Notes under the pieces: model-generated
Seen by the model: only the letters and a program-made list of their open reading frames with translations
The model's database searches: none
Told to the model about the DNA's origin: nothing
Translations under genes and position numbers: made by a program
Shown here: positions 19,190 through 26,995 of the stretch, in pieces
Numbering within the stretch: the first letter of the stretch is position 1
Layout of the letters: each line of letters starts with the position of its first letter
IMG/VR virus record: IMGVR_UViG_3300021387_000147
Direction: 5' to 3' (one strand)
Source of the DNA: a virus
Taxonomy: Duplodnaviria; Caudoviricetes
DNA length: 64,000 bases

Positions 19190-19261
19190 TGGACCCATAG
19201 AGAATCGAACTCTACCATCAGTCGTGCAAGGACCAATCGCCTCCTTGGTACATGTGAGCCC
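19190..19261 (-). tRNA. trnA: tRNA-Ala(TGC), second copy
   Basis: TGGTC-CTTGCAC-GACTG; G3:U70. Confidence 0.8.
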
Positions 19262-19349
19262 AAATAATGTAATTGAAAATTAAATTGAGAATTCTTTAGC
19301 AAGTGAATTTCGAATATCTTGTGTTACGCCGGAATTTTTTAACAGGTTA

Positions 19350-19381
19350 AATATAATAATTATTAAAGAACTTGTAAACCC
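19350..19381 (-). promoter_or_regulatory. internal promoter of the RNA array
   Basis: GGGTTTACA-17-TATATT. Confidence 0.75.
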
Positions 19382-19454
19382 TGTTTATTAAAAAATCTTC
19401 CAATTTTTTTGTTGTTATATTATTTATATAACGAACATTTCAAATTTTGCAGAC

Positions 19455-19610
19455 TTAGTAGTCATAATTATTTGTTTTCTTTTCTTTAACTACTTTGATT
19501 CCTGCCTGTTTAGCAAAAGACTTTGCCAAGTTTCTCATTTGCTTCCAACGCTGTTCCTTTTCAGCCTGGATTTCTTCTTTTGTTTTCTTCACCTTAGTAT
19601 TCTTCTTCAT
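19455..19610 (-). CDS. small basic protein (51 aa) inside the tRNA array
   Basis: MKKNTKVKKTKEEIQAEKEQRWKQMRNLAKSFAKQAGIKVVKEKKTNNYDY; AAGGA RBS; not in ORF track. Confidence 0.6.
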   Translation of the reverse strand: MKKNTKVKKTKEEIQAEKEQRWKQMRNLAKSFAKQAGIKVVKEKKTNNYDY

Positions 19611-19634
19611 AAACAATTCCTTTTGTTAAACTTT

Positions 19635-19772
19635 CTAGATGCCTTTATTATCGTCCGCATGCTTTAACCACTTGCATACCTCTCCACGTTATGGAGAGTG
19701 AAGGATTCGAACCTCCGAAGTCGTGAGACCAGCGGTTTACATTGATAAATTTTGTATTGCTGAGTGCATCTT
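19635..19772 (-). ncRNA. CAGCAA-wrapper RNA copy I (permuted Tyr-type tRNA mimic)
   Basis: GTAAA-CCGC, variable arm GTC-TCAC-GAC, GGAGG-TTCGAAT-CCTTC, CTCTCCA-TAACG-TGGAGAG, D arm, GCGG. Confidence 0.8.
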
Positions 19773-19775
19773 TAG

Positions 19776-19853
19776 TCCACGGAGTAGGACTTGAACCTAC
19801 ACATAGGACCTTATAAGAGCCCCTGCCTGATACCAATCGGCTATTGTCCGTGG
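19776..19853 (-). tRNA. trnI: tRNA-Ile(TAT)
   Basis: GGGCT-CTTATAA-GGTCC; same enlarged D region as Ile(GAT). Confidence 0.75.
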
Positions 19854-19921
19854 ATAAAAATGATTTAATTTATTAACGCAGTTTACTCTGCTCCGAAGGA
19901 ATTGCACCTTCACATCTTTAG

Positions 19922-19992
19922 TTGTCCATGATGGAGTCGGACCACCGCCAAAGGATTCAAAGTCCCCTATACTACCGCTATACGAATGGACA
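19922..19992 (-). tRNA. trnQ: tRNA-Gln(TTG)
   Basis: GGGGA-CTTTGAA-TCCTT. Confidence 0.85.
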
Positions 19993-20295
19993 ATAAACAT
20001 CACGGCTCATCAACATAGTTGACATTTATAGTGCTGCCGAATATTTTTACACTTTACGATCTATGGTATCGATGGCCTTACATAGATTAACCTTCCAGTA
20101 AGAAAACCAGAGGTGGATTTGGAGACAAAATAAAACTTTAAACTATCTATATCACCCTAACTATTCTTTCATGGATTCGTCAGTTCCAATATTGGGTGTA
20201 ACCCGTCCAATATTACACTATTCACCAGACTTACCTTAGCTCTTTATGACTTAAGGTCGGTATTACTCAAATAGTCTACAGATAATTTAATTTAG

Positions 20296-20369
20296 TACTC
20301 CGAGAAGGGGTCGAACCTTCAACCTACGCTTTAGAAGAGCGTTGCTCTAATCCATTGAGCTATCGGAGC
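20296..20369 (-). tRNA. trnR: tRNA-Arg(TCT)
   Basis: ACGCT-CTTCTAA-AGCGT. Confidence 0.9.
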
Positions 20370-20375
20370 ATATTA

Positions 20376-20444
20376 CAAGATAGGTTTTTCTGCGTGTTAT
20401 TCCCAAAATGAATTTGCATAAGTATTTGTTGCTGTATCTATCTT
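20376..20444 (-). ncRNA. CAGCAA-wrapper RNA copy J (minimal)
   Basis: AAGATAGATACAGCAA ... ATTC-ATTTTGG-GAAT ... CTATCTTG. Confidence 0.7.
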
Positions 20445-20447
20445 TAG

Positions 20448-20521
20448 TAGTCCCATTTGGCGTCGAACCAAATTTTCCAGGTTGAAAACCTAGCGTCCTA
20501 ACCATCGTAGACGATGGGACC
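20448..20521 (-). tRNA. trnE: tRNA-Glu(TTC), second copy
   Basis: CTAGG-TTTTCAA-CCTGG. Confidence 0.85.
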
Positions 20522-20742
20522 AAAATGACTTTTTGTCACGTACTAAGTCTAAAAGCGCCTCGCAGAACCATTGTGTTGCCAGTCATTGTCGCGGTAATCT
20601 GGAGCTCGTAGAAAAGAAACCACTTCAGCCGCGATTCGATTTCTTCTCATTCACCATGCTACCGATTTAGGATGTCGGCATCTTCCGATATTACGCAGAC
20701 GAGGTTTGTACCTTTTACCTCCAAGCATGACTTTGTTTGTAG

Positions 20743-20815
20743 TGCCCCAGGAAGGACTCGAACCTTCAACCCACGGATTAAGAGTCCGCTGCGCTACCAA
20801 TTGCGCCACTGGGGC
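20743..20815 (-). tRNA. trnK: tRNA-Lys(CTT)
   Basis: GCGGA-CTCTTAA-TCCGT. Confidence 0.9.
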
Positions 20816-20940
20816 ATAAAAGTACCGACAATAAATCCATGTAAGCTTCCATTTCATTATTGCCTTGCTAGAAGTTCAACTGCATCGTGCGTATAGGATT
20901 CAAACCTTAATTGAACCTCTAACTAAAACTTTATTTGTAG

Positions 20941-21015
20941 TCGGAGTGGTAGGATTCGAACCTACGACTTCTTGAATCCAGATCAAGCACGCTGACCAGA
21001 CTGCGCTACACTCCG
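20941..21015 (-). tRNA. trnP: tRNA-Pro(TGG), atypical loop
   Basis: CGGAGTG acceptor; CTTGA-TCTGGAT-TCAAG. Confidence 0.75.
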
Positions 21016-21021
21016 ATTTAG

Positions 21022-21105
21022 TGGCCAAGGTGGGACTCGAACCCACACGGCATTACTGCCAAGGGATTTTAAGTCCCCAGTGTCTACCAATTCCACCACA
21101 AGGCC
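21022..21105 (-). tRNA. trnL: tRNA-Leu(TAA)
   Basis: GGGGA-CTTAAAA-TCCCT, long variable arm. Confidence 0.85.
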
Positions 21106-21322
21106 AAAAGAAAAATAATTCATTAACAAGTTAGTGCAGACTGTTTTCGTCCTACTCATCTGCATCCCGGGTGACTTTCGTGCCCTTGTTACATAGGATT
21201 TCATTTATATCACCTCACTCAGGTATAGCCGCCGTTATGCGCAATGACAAGCTGACTATTCAAGTAAGAACTTCTGTTCCTGGCAGGCCAATATGTCCAG
21301 CGAAGCAATGAATTATTTTTAG

Positions 21323-21398
21323 CTGGGAAGACAGGACTCGAACCTGTGAAAACTGGGGCATTAACAGTGCCGTGGCATACCAACTTGCCGACAACCCA
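21323..21398 (-). tRNA. trnN: tRNA-Asn(GTT), second copy
   Basis: GGCA-CTGTTAA-TGCC; acceptor mismatches. Confidence 0.7.
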
Positions 21399-21409
21399 AT
21401 AAATGATAG

Positions 21410-21493
21410 TGCCTGTGGGTGGATTCGAACCACCAAAGCCGAAAGGCACCGGTTTTACAGACCGGGGATGATCTCCAACTCATCAGCACAGGC
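21410..21493 (-). tRNA. trnY: tRNA-Tyr(GTA)
   Basis: CCGGT-CTGTAAA-ACCGG, variable arm. Confidence 0.85.
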
Positions 21494-21720
21494 ATAAAAA
21501 CTTTTGTAGGTTTAGAGAGTTCCTACTTCTCAGTGGGCTACCACCAAAGCATTCAGCCTTTTGAAGTCCTCAACTGTAGAGGGCGTTCCAACTTCTCCAG
21601 AACGAAGGCTGAAAAAGCCGTATGAGGGCAAAAAGCGCCGGCATACAAGATAAAACTTGCAGGAATTATTTTATATGCCTTTCACCGAATGAATATATTG
21701 ACTGCAATCAATATTTAGTG

Positions 21721-21797
21721 TAACCTCTAAGGGGATTCGAACCCACCGTTTCCCGACTCAACGTCGAGCGTCCTAGTCCATGCTAGACGACAGAGCA
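21721..21797 (-). pseudogene. degenerate tRNA (Glu-like body, TTG anticodon)
   Basis: CTCGA-CGTTGAG-TCGGG; imperfect acceptor and T stems. Confidence 0.5.
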
Positions 21798-21813
21798 TTC
21801 GGTTTTTTGTTAG

Positions 21814-21887
21814 TCGGGATAGAAGGATTCGAACCTTCGACCACTCCGCCCCAAACGGAGCGCTCTACCAGACTGAGCTACATCCCG
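21814..21887 (-). tRNA. trnP: tRNA-Pro(TGG)
   Basis: CTCCG-TTTGGGG-CGGAG. Confidence 0.9.
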
Positions 21888-21970
21888 CTGATTTTAGGCT
21901 CTTTCTTCCGCCACTGAGGAAGCGAACTTGGCTGATTGCGGCACACAGTACCTAAACTTTTTAATTTTAA

Positions 21971-22043
21971 TGGGCCAAGCGGGGATCGAACCCACGACTC
22001 CTACATTAAAAGTGTAGTACTCTACCAGCTGAGTTATTGACCC
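21971..22043 (-). tRNA. trnK: tRNA-Lys(TTT)
   Basis: CTACA-CTTTTAA-TGTAG. Confidence 0.9.
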
Positions 22044-22279
22044 AAAACTTCGTCCCTTACTCGAATATATGCATCTACTCTTTCGTGGGCTTGCATCCAT
22101 CTTTTCACTAAGTCAATCGGCTTCGAACCGATCTCTCCGGCATGACTTTTCTGGCCGGTGTTCCAACCCAATTCACTGTTTTCTTAGCAAATCAACTTCA
22201 ACCATTTTTGTTTGACAGAGTTTCATTCTCGCCTCCGCTTTATCTTCCCTATAGCAACGGAGAAAACCATAGCATGTAG

Positions 22280-22361
22280 TCGGTAGGGAGGGACTCGAAC
22301 CCTCACACCTTTCGGTACTGGATTTTGAGTCCAGCGCGTCTACCAATTCCGCCACCTACCG
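22280..22361 (-). tRNA. trnL: tRNA-Leu(CAA)
   Basis: CTGGA-CTCAAAA-TCCAG, variable arm. Confidence 0.9.
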
Positions 22362-22424
22362 ATAATTAATGCTCACCAAATTGTCAATCTTCAACTCAGT
22401 TTCTCGAACCGAATTACAAGAGTA

Positions 22425-23037
22425 AATTTACTAATTTCGATTTCTCTTGTCAACCCCTTTTCTGTAAAACATTCTTTACATTGAGGAGGATTTTTTCATT
22501 GAAAGTTTCACCGTAGTGACTCTTTCAATTTTGACAGGCTAAATATAAGTGATTATTTTCAGCTTGTCAACCCCTGATTTAGTAAAATTTTCTTTACATT
22601 CTCAAAGGCGTTTTCGTTATTTCATTGTCGACCGGACTCGGGCGGTTATTATTCCGTGTACCCGACTTGCATTTTCCTACGTGCGGCACACAGATTTTTT
22701 GCTTTTACAGCCAACCTTCATATTAGACCATTTTATTATCCATCCTTTTAACTACTCTAACAAAAGTGATGCAGTTCTTGTTGTTGTTTTACTGTTTGAG
22801 TGACTGCTCTAACTCATTCAGCTGTTTTATTTTAACAAGTAAAATATACTTAATTATTTGGCTCTTGTAAACCCTGTTTTTTGTAAAACTTTTTTTACAT
22901 TCGCCGTTTTCTTTGTGATTTTTAGCCATCAGCTTCAATCACAGGGTATAATATACCAAAAAAAGAGGGTCTTGGAAACCCTCTTTTCTGTAAATTTTTA
23001 TTTACAATCCTTTATGTTTTGTAAATGAATGTTTACA
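22425..23037 (-). promoter_or_regulatory. four tandem promoters, each with a TGTAAA-N6-TTTACA-type box, driving the RNA array
   Basis: -35 hexamers at 22448, 22565, 22866, 22973, all with 17-bp spacers; boxes at 22463, 22581, 22882, 22989, 23020. Confidence 0.8.
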
Positions 23038-23169
23038 CAATGAAGAGGGAACTACCTATATATTTAGGTAATCTATAATAATTCTTCAATTGTGGTATAT
23101 TATTCATTTTCATATCTTATTTATATAACGAACTTTTTAAAATTTGCAGTAAATAAAAACTAAAAATAA

Positions 23170-23195
23170 AAACCTACTCTTGCGAGTAGGCTTTT
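23170..23195. terminator. intrinsic terminator after carbamoyltransferase
   Basis: CCTACTC-TTGC-GAGTAGG flanked by A and T runs. Confidence 0.7.
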
Positions 23196-23213
23196 ATCAT
23201 TGAATAAAGAAAA

Positions 23214-25226
23214 TTACTTATTGATAAAAATATAATTTCCAATTACTAATGCCGCACCTACTCGGCCAGACTTGATCCATGAGTCCCAACAGTCATTTGC
23301 TAAATTACATGTTGGTGAATTATGAATATTGAAAGAAGTATTGATTAACATCTTATTACCAGTCTTTCTTTCATACTTATCCAGAATTTCCCATGCATCT
23401 TTTGTAAATTCATCATTTTCGTAAATGAACTGCGCACGTGCAGTGTTATCTACGTGAACACCACCACGATACTTTTCCTTTACGCCCTTCTTACAATCCA
23501 TAGTCATTGCCATAAATCTGCAAGAAGCTTCACCAACCTTCCAGTTATTGAATAATTCATTTGCTGAAGTATTCTTACATACTGGACAATATGGCATATA
23601 TTCTGAACGTCCCATCGCTTGATTCAATGTATGAGTACCATTTGGGTCTTGTGCTGTATACAAAGTACTATGATTCATCAAAGCACGTGGACCAAATTCT
23701 TCATTACCTTGACACCAATGAACAATCTTATTATCTGCCAACAAATCAGTGACAATATCAATCAATTCATGTTTATCAGGACAATATCTAACTTCTAGAT
23801 CTTTTTCCTTAATTGCATCATCTACAACATGGTCAATCAAATATCCAGTGTGGTCAATATTAGTACCACCATTAATAATGATATTTGGACCAACATACTT
23901 CAATGCAACACTATCCTGAACACTATCAGTTGCCTTCAAATCTTCAATATAACGATAGAATGCACAACCAATTGCAGTACCTTCATCACCCATTGGAGGA
24001 GATACAAAGACTGCATCAAACTTTCCTGTATCTTTAATACGCTGATTCAACTTAACATTAGCTACCAAGCCACCTGCAGTATACAATACAGCACCATCTT
24101 CAAAATCTGTTGCAGACAACCAATTTAGAATTACTTTTTCTGCAAAAACCTGAACTGCGTATGCCAATTCCCATGGTGTATACTTCATATCAGATGGAAT
24201 TTCCTTGTTATGATTCAACATATCAAGAATATCATCTTTATTATAATTGTTTCCTAGACGATCCTGAACAAACTTATAGACAGTGTTCTTTAATCTTAAG
24301 AAACGTTCAAAGTCAATAATAGTTGATGTCTTTACCATTTCTTTCTGTTCATCTGTCAATGGCAATAATAGATTTTCATCAACCCAGAAACCAGATGTTG
24401 AATAGTTAAATGTCTTACCATTCAATGTTTCTGTCTTATAAACGTTAATAGCTTCACCTAATTCATCCTTACCAGTCAATGTCTTCAATAAGTCATGATA
24501 AACTTCCATTGCCTTCTTAGGATTCTTTTCACAATGTGCAGCCAATCCAGTCACCTTACCTTCATGCTGGTGTTCCTTAAATTGTAGAGCACCAGTAAAG
24601 AACTGATAAATCAAAGCTGGACTATCAATTACTCTAATCTGAGAAATTGGATAACTTTCATCAATTCCTTGGAATAGAGAAATACGTCCTGAATAACCAT
24701 CACCAAATCCATCAGCAGTCATTGTATAGAAACGCTTAACTGTGCATGGATATTCATTCCAATAAACTGGGAATGCAGAGAAGATGTGTGCTGTGTGGTG
24801 TTCTACTCTCTTTAATACAGGATTTAGAACACGTGTATTTGTCTGCATTCTAATATATAAATTCAAGAACTGAGAAAATGCATATTCTGCCTGAATTAAT
24901 GGATCAGTACTTACATTCTTTGCTTTCTTAAAATACTGTTCTAGTTGTGGTCTCCACAAATCTGGAATATTCTTCAATAGATATGCTTCAGACAATCCTT
25001 CATAGTGAGAATAAACCAATTCATCTACAACGATTGGATGACCTAACTTATTTTCTGCTTCAATAATACATGCCTTAATAGCATCTAATGGAAGTTGCTT
25101 TGTATTCTTCTGTCTGTTTAAACGTTCTTGAGAAACAGCACAAAGAACTCCACTTCCTGCCTTAAAGATTGCGGCAGAGCTATTAAAACCTAATGAAATA
25201 CCAATATAAATTTTTTCTTTATTCAT
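23214..25226 (-). CDS. carbamoyltransferase (NodU/CmcH family)
   Basis: SQERLNRQKN, EHHTAH, DGFGD, EGKVTGLA, GGLVANVKLN, GDEGTAIG, EFGPRAL, HVDNTARAQ, INTSFNIH. Confidence 0.92.
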   Translation of the reverse strand: MNKEKIYIGISLGFNSSAAIFKAGSGVLCAVSQERLNRQKNTKQLPLDAIKACIIEAENKLGHPIVVDELVYSHYEGLSEAYLLKNIPDLWRPQLEQYFKKAKNVSTDPLIQAEYAFSQFLNLYIRMQTNTRVLNPVLKRVEHHTAHIFSAFPVYWNEYPCTVKRFYTMTADGFGDGYSGRISLFQGIDESYPISQIRVIDSPALIYQFFTGALQFKEHQHEGKVTGLAAHCEKNPKKAMEVYHDLLKTLTGKDELGEAINVYKTETLNGKTFNYSTSGFWVDENLLLPLTDEQKEMVKTSTIIDFERFLRLKNTVYKFVQDRLGNNYNKDDILDMLNHNKEIPSDMKYTPWELAYAVQVFAEKVILNWLSATDFEDGAVLYTAGGLVANVKLNQRIKDTGKFDAVFVSPPMGDEGTAIGCAFYRYIEDLKATDSVQDSVALKYVGPNIIINGGTNIDHTGYLIDHVVDDAIKEKDLEVRYCPDKHELIDIVTDLLADNKIVHWCQGNEEFGPRALMNHSTLYTAQDPNGTHTLNQAMGRSEYMPYCPVCKNTSANELFNNWKVGEASCRFMAMTMDCKKGVKEKYRGGVHVDNTARAQFIYENDEFTKDAWEILDKYERKTGNKMLINTSFNIHNSPTCNLANDCWDSWIKSGRVGAALVIGNYIFINK

Positions 25227-25235
25227 GATTTTCCT

Positions 25236-26099
25236 TTAATTTGATACTTTTACAATACCTTCGACAACAGCAAGATTATACAATCTCTTGTTATTGTTCT
25301 CTAAATATAATAATTTTTTATCATTTGGCATACCATCAACAGTATTATGTTTCAAACTTTTTATTTGTGTATAAAGTTGTGATGATTTTGTCAATAATTT
25401 CTTTTCATTAATTAACAATGGTAAACGTGGATTTTGTATTGCTTCTAAGATTTCAGCTTTATCTTGTTTAAAATAACAATGAGCAGAGATAGCAAAATGC
25501 TGATAATATCCTGTTGGAATATTCAATTCATTTGCAATTCTCTTTTGAATTGATGTAAAGTAAAATACATCATAAGGCATGCATCCAATAATATCATTAC
25601 TTCTCATACATGCTGTGCAATTCAATTTACCATCCAAAATATAGAATGACAAATTAAATGTACAAATCTCATCAAAGCATGTTCCTCTATGTGGATTTGG
25701 AACATTAAAATTTATAACTGCTCTACGAGATGTTGGATCTTTTTTCAAAATATCAATGACTTGTTTTTCTTGGTCAAATCCATATCTTTGATGAACTATA
25801 TGACCATAAGCAGAATTCGAATAAATACCATCTTCTGATTTTCTTTGAAAGCCTGGAGCTTTAAAATAATTAATAAATTCTAGCTTTTCATCTTGTAGAT
25901 TAAACCAGATTTCTTCAGCTAACAAATATCCAATATCTATAGAATAAAATAATGGTATATTATTATTCACATCAGTTAATTGGAAACCAAAATTACAAAT
26001 TTCTAATGGACCTTTTCCACCTCTTTGTTGACCGTTATCATAGATTTCTCTGATAACATCTTCAAAGATACTAGTCATCGAATTTGAAATAATCATCAA
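25236..26099 (-). CDS. thymidylate-synthase-fold dCMP hydroxymethylase-like protein
   Basis: DPTSRRAV, catalytic ICT, MRSND, PYDVF (Asp at the specificity position as in T4 gp42). Confidence 0.8.
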   Translation of the reverse strand: MMIISNSMTSIFEDVIREIYDNGQQRGGKGPLEICNFGFQLTDVNNNIPLFYSIDIGYLLAEEIWFNLQDEKLEFINYFKAPGFQRKSEDGIYSNSAYGHIVHQRYGFDQEKQVIDILKKDPTSRRAVINFNVPNPHRGTCFDEICTFNLSFYILDGKLNCTACMRSNDIIGCMPYDVFYFTSIQKRIANELNIPTGYYQHFAISAHCYFKQDKAEILEAIQNPRLPLLINEKKLLTKSSQLYTQIKSLKHNTVDGMPNDKKLLYLENNNKRLYNLAVVEGIVKVSN

Positions 26100-26592
26100 T
26101 AAAACCTTTTACTTTATTAAAAACACCAAGTTCAGATAAATAGGTTGTATCTAAATACAATACATGCTTATTATCCATTAATTGAAGTCTTTTGCCTACA
26201 CTTTCATAACGTTCAACCTTATTTTCTACTTCAATACGAATTTCTTCATCAGTTCCACGTTTATTAACTCGTTCCATAATTGTATCTACAGAGCCATTTA
26301 ATATAATAATCAACCATGGATTTATCTGACTTGATGTATATTTCTTAAATAAATCAACAAATACTTGAGGATTTATTTTTGATTCTCTAGCATAAACGTT
26401 AGAGTATACATATTCACTGATGAATGATCTGTCTGAAACAACATTGTCAAGTAAGCACTTCTGTTCATAAGATTGGACGTCTTTCCAACCTTCTCTAGTC
26501 ATGACTACTTTGTCTAGCTTATATTCTTTAACTAATCTATCAACCAATGTGGTCTTTCCACATCCATCACATCCATCAATGATAATATGCAT
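26071..26592 (-). CDS. dNMP/thymidylate kinase-like
   Basis: P-loop DGCDGCGKTT, DRSFISE, RVNKRG. Confidence 0.85.
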   Translation of the reverse strand: MHIIIDGCDGCGKTTLVDRLVKEYKLDKVVMTREGWKDVQSYEQKCLLDNVVSDRSFISEYVYSNVYARESKINPQVFVDLFKKYTSSQINPWLIIILNGSVDTIMERVNKRGTDEEIRIEVENKVERYESVGKRLQLMDNKHVLYLDTTYLSELGVFNKVKGFIDDYFKFDD

Positions 26593-26595
26593 TTA

Positions 26596-26961
26596 TTAAG
26601 CCTTCTTTACTTTAGCCTTGAATTCATTTGAGTTCAAATCAAAGGTAGACATTTCATCATGTTCTGCCTGAGTAATTAGATTGTTTTCTAACATCTTAGC
26701 TAGAGCATAAGTATATGCCAACTTCTTACCAATCTTCTTAGAGAATGTGTCCTTATAAGAACAGTGTGCAATTCCCTTTACGATTACCTTTGTTTCCCAC
26801 TTATTCTTGGTATATTCATAGATTGCAACTTCAGTTGTCTTTTCATTCCAATCTGTGTACCAAACACGACCAAATTCATCTGTCTTTTCAGATGTATGAT
26901 AGTCGTCATTATAACGAACCTTAACGATAAAGTTCTTTCCTGTAGTAGTAATTACCTTCAT
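26596..26961 (-). CDS. hypothetical phage protein
   Basis: 121 aa, GIAHCSYKDTFSKKIGKKLA motif. Confidence 0.7.
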   Translation of the reverse strand: MKVITTTGKNFIVKVRYNDDYHTSEKTDEFGRVWYTDWNEKTTEVAIYEYTKNKWETKVIVKGIAHCSYKDTFSKKIGKKLAYTYALAKMLENNLITQAEHDEMSTFDLNSNEFKAKVKKA

Positions 26962-26995
26962 TATTTTACTCCTTATATATTATTGTTTAAAAATT

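Noticed and set aside
14538-20444. Wrapper repeats as a CRISPR array
   Set aside because: Irregular spacing, interleaved tRNAs, covarying rather than identical repeats, no cas genes.
18240-21190. Hammerhead-like strings (CTGACGA..GAAA near 18270; CAGATGAG..GACGAAA near 21150) and tRNA-linked HDV-like ribozymes
   Set aside because: Core spacing and stems did not fit by eye; needs a descriptor search.
14960-22803. Short ORFs in the track across the tRNA array
   Set aside because: They overlap tRNA, ncRNA or promoter sequence and lack RBS or coding character.
25236-26099. Ordinary thymidylate synthase thyA
   Set aside because: Asp at the specificity position and the operon context favour a dCMP-modifying enzyme.
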